From assembly GCA_964036045.1 (NCBI GenBank), contig OZ038378.1:68572001-68636000 (forward strand): a DNA stretch of 64,000 nucleotides, written 5' to 3'. Source of the stretch: Eutreptiella sp. 'Long Island Sound 2002' (taxonomy: Eukaryota; Protista; Euglenida). The stretch's first letter is position 1. Every line of letters starts with the position of its first letter. Both the position numbers and the translations under genes were made by a program. The notes under the pieces were generated by a model, which was not told the origin of the DNA, searched no databases, and was given only the letters and a program-made list of their open reading frames with translations. This document shows positions 26,201 through 36,944 of this stretch, piece by piece.

Positions 26201-26936
26201 AGCCTATATGTTTGATCCTTCTCGGTGCTACTATCCACCCGTCCCCTCCGCTCGGCCCCCCCTATTCAACGGGATGCATCAGGTCTCATGGCGTCAACAC
26301 GGAGATGAGACATTCAACATGCGTCGTACGGCGCTTTGCGTGCGGCTGTCTCAGGTACAAAGACGGCTGTCAAGCGGCACACCAGCACCACGTTTCCGTT
26401 TGATCAGTTGAAAACTGCATCACGGACAGCAGCCCCAGCCACCCCAATGTGTCGGGATCACTCTGGGTCATGAGCCTGCTGTGATGTCATTCTGTCCAGC
26501 AGGAGTTGCCTGCAATTTGCACGGAGCTTACCAGACACAGGGGTTCTCGAATCGCCAACTTTCCAGGCATTCAAAACAATTCAGCACTCGATAAAACGGG
26601 CCCAGACAAAAAAAATTGTTCCCACAACCAACGACACCCCCAGCTCATGACCACTTCTGAGCAATGAAAACACTGTTGAGACCTGCATAAGTACCATGCG
26701 GGCCATCCCTGCGTGGGCCTGCCCCTCTAATGTATCAGGCGCTGGAAGACAGCAGCTTGACAACACCAACACCAAACACCCCCCCCCATGTGACAATGCA
26801 TTCACCCTCCTTCGCATTCAGCACATCCCGCACGGGTTGCCATCTGCTGAAAGCAGCCCCTACACAAATATGTGACAGCCGCAGGGTACTTGCAATTCAA
26901 CTGACAATCCAGCCCCTGTACTCCACAGCACTCACT

Positions 26937-27150
26937 CCCTGGCTGCGGGGCATTCAAATCCACATCGCAAAACAGAGACCCGTCCCGCAGGTACGCCGGC
27001 ATCGAGGCAAACAACATCGGGTCGTGGTCCAAAACATCGTCTTGCGAGTGACAAAGAAGACATGCGGCCTCTCCCTCTGCAGCACCTCCCGAGGGGCATG
27101 GAGAGGTGCGCCCCTGATGTCTCAGTGCAGGCACATCTCCTGCCACGACC
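26937..27150 (-). CDS. Putative internal exon of an unidentified gene downstream of the carrier gene
   Basis: GC-rich open frame (EGEAACLLCHSQDDVLDHDPMLFASMPAYLRDGSLFCDVDLNAPQPG) ending at a GTGAGT donor. Its phase is compatible with a small AG/GT-bounded exon at about 26741-26695 (PDTLEGQAHAGMARM). The 5' boundary is approximate. Confidence 0.3.
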
Positions 27151-27437
27151 TGGTGATTTGCGCTTGTGCCCTCGAGGCAGCAAAATGCCGCTTTTGCCAC
27201 GCCAACTGCCAGGCTTTCTTGCAAGAAGGTGGCGCTTACCGTCGGCTTGAGGTGACAATGGACCACTGGAGATTGGATGTCAACAACTCAAGGCTGACTG
27301 TTTTTCAAGCAGTAACAAAAAACAACAGCACGAAACCCGGTTCTCAGAAGCTGGGCCTGCGCCCAGAAGACCCTTTTCTGCTTCACATTAAGTCGTGCAC
27401 CCACAGACTGCCCCATGCCCCCCAGCAGCATGCCCCG

Positions 27438-27705
27438 TTACTTGCCAGATATCAATTCGACCAGAATCCGCCACATCACCGAGAACAGCGCCCCCTGCAG
27501 GATGTTCACGAGCATCCGGGTCTGCAACCCCCTGAAAAACCCTTTGGCCCCTTCCTCTTGGTAGATGCCCAACACCACCTTCCGGTACGTGGTGGGCTTG
27601 CTGCTGGTCTGCACCTCCGTCTTCACGACCCGCAAACCGTTGGAGGGGACATCGGAGGTGATGGTGGCCACCATACCGATGAGGGCGTTCCGGATCGTCT
27701 TTTGG
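27438..27705 (-). CDS. Mitochondrial carrier (SLC25/MCF) protein, last coding exon
   Basis: CTCAG acceptor at 27707-27706. Encodes QKTIRNALIGMVATITSDVPSNGLRVVKTEVQ...IYQEEGAKGFFRGLQTRMLVNILQGALFSVMWRILVELISGK* (third carrier repeat), with the stop at 27440-27438. Confidence 0.9.
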
Positions 27706-28929
27706 CTGAGGGGTACATGACATGGCCAACAATACAGCAATACAAACCCCTTCCCTGGTCAACGGGTCACCCCGTCACCCCAGGTCCTACAAGCGCGCCC
27801 TCTACAGCAAATGGGTGAGTGGCATGCGGGTGGGGTGGGGCAGCAGTGGTATGGTCCAAGCCGTCTCTGCAGTTGTTTGTTTCCACACCCGCAGGGCCAC
27901 TGTCGGCAGGCGGCTGGAGTTTCCATTCTTGGCTGGTCCCTTCTTGTCCATCTCGTGCTGTCCGAGCTTGGACAGCACTTACCGCCCGGGTGGCAACCCC
28001 CCCCCCCCCCCCAGATTGTCTATGGGTTCCTCAGACACAGCTGTCCTTCGGCGCCCCATATTCGCTCTCCTGGCGTTTGCCCAGGCGTGGCACCGTTCTT
28101 TGCCAAAAGTGACCGCAGCGCTTGAGCAATGCCACACCACCCCGCACCATCATTCGGCACCAGGAGCACCTTTCAGTGCCTCACAGCGTGTTTGGCTGTC
28201 AAACGGGCCATGAAGCTGCAAAACATGTCTATTCGCACCCAACCAGGGCTGCACTGTCACAGCATTCGCAATCCCACCCCTCTAAGGGGATAACACAGGG
28301 TTGCCAAAACGCATTCCGCGCTTGTCTTGACAAAAATAGCCCACACTTTTTAAGGCAGCCCAAAACCACATCGCAAGATGGCATGAGTGTGCCACTGCTC
28401 CTTTTTTGTTGGACGCGCAACCTGTTTTTTGTTGTTGACTGGCACCTTCGAAATGGGAGGTCCTGAAAAATGCCCGCTAGGCCTGAGTTCCCATGTATAT
28501 AAGAAGCATAAAAATACCTATTATGGAAGAACAAATTTGTGAAAAAGGGCCAAAACTAGGGTTCAAATAGTTGCCGACATAGTGGTTGGGCATGGGGGAT
28601 GAAAAACGACCCCTCTCCCCATTTTATCTCCAGAACAAAATATCTAGAAATTTGTTGGTATTGGGGCAGAAGATGTTTTTTTTTGTGCAAAGTCTATTTG
28701 GGTGTGGTATGGACGCTCATGCTGTTAGTGGCCAAACCACTTGCTCTGGAATTGTGCCTGCTTACTTGCTGCTGATGCCGCTGTTGCTGCTTGTTACCAA
28801 AACCAAGGGGTGTAAAATTGTTGTGGAGACATTAGCCCAGTAGCTCAGCAAGCACCTCTCTTACAGCCCTCCATCTGTCTCGGGGGCCGTTGCACCCAGC
28901 ATTGAGCACTGCCTTGCCATCTGACTTAC

Positions 28930-29055
28930 CATATTGCGGCGATGTTCAAGAAGAACGCAATCCAGCCCACTGACAGTGGCAGACCAGTCAAACATATTGC
29001 GGCGATGTTCAAGAAGAACGCAATCCAGCCCACTGACAGTGGCAGACCAGTCAAA
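28930..29055. repeat. Perfect 63-bp tandem duplication in the carrier intron
   Basis: 28930-28992 is identical to 28993-29055 (CATATTGCGGCGATG...CCAGTCAAA). Confidence 0.97.
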
Positions 29056-29098
29056 CCGCGGTGCCCAAAATTCCCGGCTACCAGACAAAGGGAAGCAC

Positions 29099-29271
29099 CT
29101 GAACGACGCCCCCGGAGGCAGGACGGCGTGCAAGAGATTGAAAGTATAGTACCACGGGTAATGCCCAACAAAGCCGGCGATGAGCTGAGCAGTGGCCCCG
29201 GCAAACAACATTGACACGCCATCAGTGGACACCTTCTTGCACAACATTGAGAACCCCTTCTTACCCTCAAC
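29099..29271 (-). CDS. Mitochondrial carrier protein, internal exon
   Basis: TTTCCTTAG acceptor; encodes VEGKKGFSMLCKKVSTDGVSMLFAGATAQLIAGFVGHYPWYYTFNLLHAVLPPGASF. The AG|GT donor at 29098 is phase 2 and matches the next exon. Its phase-0 start matches the exon at 59962. Confidence 0.9.
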
Positions 29272-30126
29272 CTAAGGAAAAGCCACAGGCCGCTGGGGAT
29301 GCATTACAGGCGTTGCGGACTTGGAAGCCAGCTGCCAGGGGCACAGGGCCTCATACCCCAGAGGATTGGAGGGAGACTAGAAATGGACTAGAGGTAGCAT
29401 GGGATGGAGGGTGGATTTGAGATGGACCAATAAAGATCAGGCTTTTTGGGGATCAGCCCAAAAGATGAATATCAATGAAGCTCATTGGAGAGAGCAGAGC
29501 AACTGATTAGGAAGGATGGAGGATGACCAAAGGGGAGGAGGATTAAATGTCAATAGAACCCATTTCCAGCTCTCCGCTCTGTGGGAATCAGGTGCAAAAA
29601 CCACAACATATGCATATGCAAACGATCGGAAGAAATTGTCCACTGCCATAGGTGCCTTTCACTACCAACAACAAGCAAACTGGAATGGCCGGGTGGGAAC
29701 ATTGGCCATGTGCGATCCATGACAACCATCACTCCGTACCGCATCGGGAAAAACACTTTTTTCCACAACAATTTTTTCATAGCCCCCATTGGCGGCAGGG
29801 GGTACAATGCCTCAGCAATAAAACCCTAGGATGTGGCAATTTGGTTAGCACGCAGCAGGCGGCAGTAGCAGCAGGTCCACCTACAGGACGACATAAAGTG
29901 CTAGTTGATGGACCCCAAGTGATTGCAACAGCCCATCTCAGCCATTTAAGGGGTGCCCCATACCCAGCACCCATCTTGCCACCCAATTGTTTTAATATGC
30001 ACTATCATTGCACGAACATGACGCAGCCTTGGTGCAGACATTTGGCATCTGCCCCACAGGACAAAAGTGATCGAAACCGGTTCACACAATGGAGATCCAA
30101 GTTGCTACACACGGTCGATAGAAGTC

Positions 30127-30370
30127 GCCCCCCCGTACCCCCTCCCCCCCGTACCCCCCCCCCGTACCCCCCCCGTACCTCCCCCCCGTACCCCCCCGTA
30201 ACTCCCCCCCGTACCCCCCCCGTACCCCCCCGTACCTCCCCCCCGTACCCCCCCCCCTACCCTCCCCCCCTGTAGCCCCTGCCGTACCTCCCCCCCGTAC
30301 CCCCTCCGTACCCCCCCCCCGTACCCCCCCCGTACCCCCCCCCCGTACCTCCCCCCCCGGTATCCCCCTG
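30127..30370 (+). repeat. C-rich (C)nGTA(C) minisatellite, left
   Basis: Tandem CCCCCCCGTAC variants. The G-rich strand has many runs of four or more G. Confidence 0.9.
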
Positions 30371-30454
30371 GAACCGTAGCTCGCCTCGCTTCGCTCAACA
30401 AACAGCTCGCTTCGCTCGACGCGGAGGCCAGCCCCCGCACCTCCGCTTAGATTG

Positions 30455-33400
30455 CAAGACTCCTGCGGTGGCTACAGACCGCGTGTTGTGTGCACCGCCT
30501 TGTGTGTGCACCGCCTTTCGTGTGTACCGCCTTGCCTGTGGCCCCTTAGATAACAAGACTCCTGCGGTGGCCACAGACCGCCTTTTGTGTGCACGGCCTT
30601 GTGTGTGCACCGCCTTGTGTGTGTACCGCCTTCTCTGTGTAGAGCCTTGCCCGTGGCCCCTTAAATAACAAGATTCCTGCGGTGGCTACATACCGCCTTT
30701 TGTGTGCACCGCCTTGTGTGTGTACCGCCTTGTGTGTGTACCGCCTTGCCTGTGGCCCCGTAAATAACAAGACTCCTGCGGTGGCTACAGACCGCCTTTT
30801 GTGTGCACCGCCTTGTGTGTGTACCGCCTTGCCCGCGGCCCCTTAAATAACAAGACTCCTGCGGTGGCTACATACCGCCTTTTGTGTGCACCGCCTTGTG
30901 TGTGTACCGCCTTGTGTGTGTACCGCCTTGCCTGTGGCCCCGTAAATAACAAGACTCCTGCGGTGGCTACAGACCGCCTTTTGTGTGCACCGCCTTGTGT
31001 GTGTACCGCCTTGCCCGCGGCCCCTTAAATAACAAGACTCCTGCGGTGGCTACATACCGCCTTTTGTGTGCACCGCCTTGTGTGTGTACCGCCTTGTGTG
31101 TGTACCGCCTTGCCTGTGGCCCCGTAAATAACAAGACTCCTGCGGTGGCCACAAACCGCCTTTTGTGTGCACCGCCTTGTGTGTGTACCGCCTTGCCCGC
31201 GGCCCCTTAAATAACAAGACTCCTGCGGTGGCTACATACCGCCTTTTGTGTGCACCGCCTTGTGTGTGTACCGCCTTGTGTGTGTACCGCCTTGCTTGTG
31301 GCCCCGTAAATAACAAGACTCCTGCGGTGGCTACAGACCGCCTTTTGTGTGCACCGCCTTGTGTGTGTACCGCCTTGCCCGCGGCCCCTTAAATAACAAG
31401 ACTCCTGCGGTGGCTACATACCGCCTTTTGTGTGCACCGCCTTGTGTGTGTACCGCCTTGTGTGTGTACCGCCTTGCCTGTGGCCCCGTAAATAACAAGA
31501 CTCCTGCGGTGGCCACAAACCGCCTTTTGTGTGCACCGCCTTGTGTGTGTACCGCCTTGCCCGCGGCCCCTTAAATAACAAGACTCCTGCGGTGGCTACA
31601 TACCGCCTTTTGTGTGCACCGCCTTGTGTGTGTACCGCCTTGTGTGTGTACCGCCTTGCCTGTGGCCCCGTAAATAACAAGACTCCTGCGGTGGCTACAG
31701 ACCGCCTTTTGTGTGCACCGCCTTGTGTGTGTACCGCCTTGCCCGCGGCCCCTTAAATAACAAGACTCCTGCGGTGGCTACATACCGCCTTTTGTGTGCA
31801 CCGCCTTGTGTGTGTACCGCCTTGTGTGTGTACCGCCTTGCCTGTGGCCCCGTAAATAACAAGACTCCTGCGGTGGCCACAAACCGCCTTTTGTGTGCAC
31901 CGCCTTGTGTGTGTACCGCCTTGCCCGCGGCCCCTTAAATAACAAGACTCCTGCGGTGGCTACATACCGCCTTTTGTGTGCACCGCCTTGTGTGTGTACC
32001 GCCTTGTGTGTGTACCGCCTTGCTTGTGGCCCCGTAAATAACAAGACTCCTGCGGTGGCTACAGACCGCCTTTTGTGTGCACCGCCTTGTGTGTGTACCG
32101 CCTTGCCCGCGGCGCCTTAAATAACAAGACTCCTGCGGTGGCTACATACCGCCTTTTGTGTGCACCGCCTTGTGTGTGTACCGCCTTGTGTGTGTACCGC
32201 CTTGCCTGTGGCCCCGTAAATAACAAGACTCCTGCGGTGGCTACAGACCGCCTTTTGTGTGCACCGCCTTGTGTGTGTACCGCCTTGCCCGCGGCCCCTT
32301 AAATAACAAGACTCCTGCGGTGGCTACATACCGCCTTTTGTGTGCACCGCCTTGTGTGTGTACCGCCTTCTCTATGTACCGCCTTGCCCATGGCCCCTTA
32401 AATAACAAGACTCCTGCGGTGGCTACATACCGCCTTTTGTGTGCACCGCCTTGTGTGTGTACCGCCTTGTGTGTGTACCGCCTTGCCTGTGGCCCCGTAA
32501 ATAACAAGACTCCTGCGGTGGCTACAGACCGCCTTTTGTGTGCACCGCCTTGTGTGTGTACCGCCTTGCCCGCGGCCCCTTACATAACAAGACTCCTGCG
32601 GTGGCTACATACCGCCTTTTGTGTGCACCGCCTTGTGTGTGTACCGCCTTCTCTATGTACCGCCTTGCCCATGGCCCCTTAAATAACAAGACTCCTGCGG
32701 TGGCTACATACCGCCTTTTGTGTGCACCGCCTTGTGTGTGTACCGCCTTGTGTGTGTACCGCGTTGCCTGTGGCCCCGTAAATAACAAGACTCCTGCGGT
32801 GGCTACATACCGCCTTTTGTGTGCACCGCCTTGTGTGTGTACCGCCTTGCCCGCGGCCCCTTAAATAACAAGACTCCTGCGGTGGCTACATACCGCCTTT
32901 TGGGTGCACCGCCTTGTGTGTGTACCGCCTTGCCCGCGGCCCCTTAAATAACAAGACTCCTGCGGTGGCTACATACCGCCTTTTGTGTGCACCGCCTTGT
33001 GTGTGTACCGCCTTGTGTGTGTACCGCCTTGCCTGTGGCCCCGTAAATAACAAGACTCCTGCGGTGGCTACAGACCGCCTTTTGTGTGCACCGCCTTGTG
33101 TGTGTACCGCCTTGCCCGCGGCGCCTTAAATAACAAGACTCCTGCGGTGGCTACATACCGCCTTTTGTGTGCACCGCCTTGTGTGTGTACCGCCTTGTGT
33201 GTGTACCGCCTTGCCTGTGGCCCCGTAAGTAACAAGACTCCTGCGGTGGCTACAGACCGCGTGTTGTGTGCACCGCCTTGTGTGTGTACCGCCTTGCCCG
33301 CGGCCCCTTAAATAACAAGACTCCTGCGGTGGCTACATACCGCCTTTTGTGTGCACCGCCTTGTGTGTGTACCGCCTTCTCTGTGTACCGCCTTGCCCAT

Positions 33401-36400
33401 GGCCCCTTAAATAACAAGACTCCTGCGGTGGCTACATACCGCCTTTTGTGTGCACCGCCTTGTGTGTGTACCGCCTTGTGTGTGTACCGCCTTGCCTGTG
33501 GCCCCGTAAATAACCAGACTCCTGCGGTGGCTACAGAGCGCCTTTTGTGTGGACCGCCTTGTGTGTGTACCGCCTTGCCCGCGGCCCCTTAAATAACAAG
33601 ACTCCTGCGGTGGCTACATACCGCCTTTTGTGTGCACCGCCTTGTGTGTGTACCGCCTTGTGTGTGTACCGCCTTGCCTGTGGCCCCGTAAATAACAAGA
33701 CTCCTGCGGTGGCTACAGACCGCCTTTTGTGTGCACCGCCTTGTGTGTGTACCGCCTTGCCCGCGGCCCCTTAAATAACAAGACTCCTGCGGTGGCTACA
33801 TACCGCCTTTTGTGTGCACCGCCTTGTGTGTGTACCGCCTTGTGTGTGTACCGCCTTGCCTGTGGCCCCGTAAATAACAAGACTCCTGCGGTGGCCACAG
33901 ACCGCCTTTTGTGTGCACCGCCTTGTGTGTGTACCGCCTTCTCTGTGTACCGCCTTGCCCATGGCCCCTTAAATAACAAGACTCCTGCGGTGGCTACATA
34001 CCCCCTTTTGTGTGCACCGCCTTGTGTGTGTACCGCCTTGTGTGTGTACCGCCTTGCCTGTGGCCCCGGAAATAACAAGACTCCTGCGGTGGCTACAGAC
34101 CGCCTTTTGTGTGCACCGCCTTGTGTGTGTACCGCCTTGCCCGCGGCCCCTTAAATAACAAGACTCCTGCGGTGGCTACAGGCCGCCTTTTGTGTGCACC
34201 GCCTTGTGTGTGCACCGCCTTGTGTGTGTACCGCCTTCTATGTGTACTGCCTTGCCCGTGGCCCCTTAAATAACAAGACTCCTGCGGTGGCTACATACCG
34301 CCTTTTGTGTGCACCGCCTTGTGTGTGTACCGCCTTGTGTGTGTACCGCCTTGCCTGTGGCCCCGGAAATAACAAGACTCCTGCGGTGGCCACAGACCGC
34401 CTTTTGTGTGCACCGCCTTGTGTGTGTACCGCCTTCTCTGTGTACCGCCTTGCCCATGGCCCCTTAAATAACAAGACTCCTGCGGTGGCTACATACCGCC
34501 TTTTGTGTGCACCGCCTTGTGTGTGTACCGCCTTGTGTGTGTACCGCCTTGCCTGTGGCCCCGTAAATAACAATACTCCTGCGGTGGCTACAGACCGCCT
34601 TTTGTGTGCACCGCCTTGTGTGTGTACTGCCTTGCCCGCGACCCCTTAAATAACAAGACTCCTGCGGTGGCTACATACCGCCTTTTGTGTGCACCGCCTT
34701 GTGTGTGTACCGCCTTGTGTGTGTACCGCCTTGCCTGTGGCCCCGTAAATAACAAGACTCCTGCGGTGGCTACAGACCGCCTTTTGTGTGCACCGCCTTG
34801 TGTGTGTACCGCCTTGCCCGCGGCCCCTTAAATAACAAGACTCCTGCGGTGGCTACAAGCCGCCTTTTGTGTGCACCGCCTTGTGTGTGCATCGCCTTGT
34901 GTGTGTACCGCCTTCTATGTGTACTGCCTTGCCCGCGGCCCCTTAAAAAACAAGACTCCTGCGGTGGCTACAGGCCGCCTTTTGTGTGCACCGCCTTGTG
35001 TGTGCACCGCCTTGTGTGTGTACCGCCTTCTATGTGTACTGCCTTGCCCGTGGCCCCTTAAATAACAAGAGTCCTGCGGTGGCTACATACCGCCTTTTGT
35101 GTGCACCGCCTTGTGTGTGTACCGCCTTGTGTGTGTACCGCCTTGCCTGTGGCCCCGGAAATAACAAGACTCCTGCGGTGGCCACAGACCGCCTTTTGTG
35201 TGCACCGCCTTGTGTGTGTACCGCCTTCTCTGTGTACCGCCTTGCCCATGGCCCCTTAAATAACAAGACTCCTGCGGTGGCTACATACCGCCTTTTGTGT
35301 GCACCGCCTTGTGTGTGTACCGCCTTGTGTGTGTACCGCCTTGCTTGTGGCCCCGTAAATAACAAGACTCCTGCGGTGGCTACAGACCGCCTTTTGTGTG
35401 CACCACCTTGTGTGTGTACTGCCTTGCCCGCGGCCACTTAAATAACAAGACTCCTGCGGTGGCTACATACCGCCTTTTGTGTGCACCGCCTTGTGTGTGT
35501 ACCGCCTTGTGTGTGTACCGCCTTGCCTGTGGCCCCGTAAATAACAAGACTCCTGCGGTGGCTACAGACCGCCTTTTGTGTGCACCGCCTTGTGTGTGTA
35601 CCGCCTTGCCCGCGGCCCCTTAAATAACAAGACTCCTGCGGTGGCTACAAGCCGCCTTTTGTGTGCACCGCCTTGTGTGTGCATCGCCTTGTGTGTGTAC
35701 CGCCTTCTATGTGTACTGCCTTGCCCGTGGCCCCTTAAATAACAAGAGTCCTGCGGTGGCTACAGGCCGCCTTTTGTGTGCTCCGCCTTGTGTGTGTACC
35801 GCCTTTCGTGTGTACCACCTTGCCCGTGGCCCCTTAAATAACAAGACTCCTGCGGTGGCTACATACCGCCTTTTGTGTGCACCGCCTTTCGTGTGTACCG
35901 CCTTGCCTGTGGCCCCGTAAATAACAAGACTCCTGCGGTGGCTACAGACCGCCTTTTGTGTGCACGGCCTTGTGTGTGCACCGCCTTGTGTGTGTACCGC
36001 CTTGCCCGTGGCCCCTTAAATAACAAGACTCCTGCGCCGGCTACAGACCGCCTTTTGTGTGCACCGCCTTGTGTGTGCACCGCCTTGTGTGTGTACCGCC
36101 TTCTATGTGTACCGCCTTGCCCGTGGCCCCTTAAATAACAAGACTCCTTCGGTGGCTACAGGCCGCCTTTTGTGTGCTCCGCCTTGTGTGTGCACCGCCT
36201 GTCGTGTGTACCACCTTGCCCGTGGCCCCTTAAATAACAAGACTCCTGCAGTGACTACAAACCGCCTTTTGTGTGCACCGCCTTGTGTGTGTACCGCCTT
36301 TCGTGTGTACCACCTTGCCCGTGGCCCCTTAAATAACAAGACTCCTGCGGTGGCTACAGGCCGCCTTTTGTGTGCACCGCCTTGTGTATGCACCGCCTTG

Positions 36401-36425
36401 TATGTGCACCGCCTTGTGTGTGAAC
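30455..36425 (+). repeat. Satellite 1: alternating 99-bp and 83-bp monomers (182-bp dimer) built from a 16-bp subrepeat
   Basis: Monomers begin AAATAACAAGACTCCTGCGGTGGCTACA and carry one or two ACCGCCTTGTGTGTGT subrepeats. The ORF track repeats every 182 bp (30801, 30983, 31165 and onward). Confidence 0.98.
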
Positions 36426-36431
36426 CGTCAA

Positions 36432-36641
36432 ATCCCCCGTACCCCCCCCCGCGTACATCCCCCCCGTACCTCCCCCCCGTACCCCCCCCCGTACCCCCCC
36501 CCGTACCTCCCCCCCGTACCTCCCCCCCGTACCCCCCCCCGGCCCCCCCCCCAATACGTCCCCCCGGTACCCCCCCCCGTACCTCCCCCCCGCACCCCCC
36601 CCGTACCTCCGGGGTACGGGGGGGGGGGGGGGGCGGGGGGG
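36432..36641 (+). repeat. C-rich (C)nGTA(C) minisatellite, right, switching to a G-run at about 36611
   Basis: Same unit as 30127-30370, followed by GGGGTACGGGG... Confidence 0.9.
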
Positions 36642-36944
36642 GACTTCTTGCCGTATATGACACGGTCAAGACCCACACAATGGAGATGCCAGCCACCATA
36701 AACGTTCCAATTTGGTAGTACAATAAAGATCCAAGCTACTCTTGCAAGGCAGTTCACACATTGGAGATCCAAGCGAGGATACACCACGTAGACGCAAGCT
36801 ACTCGACATGTCCCAAATTGTTTCAGAGAATTTCCCCTACCAAACACCCCAAAATGGGTTCAGTGCAATCGTATTTCGCCAACATGTGCATTGTCATAGC
36901 CGAAAAACAGCCCTTTCATGGGCCCACAAACACCGACAGGTGAG

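Larger units (their letters stand above)
30120..36648. mobile_element. Inverted-repeat-bounded non-coding element filled with satellite DNA
   Basis: Left end AGAAGTC-C-run-GTACCCC (from 30120) is the reverse complement of right end GGGGTAC-G-run-GACTTCT (to 36648). No transposase inside. Confidence 0.55.

Noticed and set aside
26730-27818. 362-aa plus-strand ORF
   Set aside because: Antisense shadow of the GC-rich carrier exon and neighbouring exon; no recognisable motif.
28861-29098. Read-through of the carrier ORF (RCFPLSGSREFW...) past 29099
   Set aside because: Carrier similarity stops at the AG|GT donor, and splicing to 27705 restores the family sequence.
30395-36138. Dozens of 60-150 aa ORFs (MCTALCVYRL...) in satellite 1
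   Set aside because: They are translations of the tandem repeat. The 182- and 83-bp units are not multiples of three, so frames shift every unit.
30455-36425. CRISPR-like regular repeat
   Set aside because: The sequences between the constant boxes are themselves repeated, so there are no unique spacers. The context is eukaryotic and there are no cas genes.
36103-36847. Gly-rich and Pro-rich ORFs (206-219 aa), also at 30105-30440
   Set aside because: Translations of the C/G-rich minisatellite.
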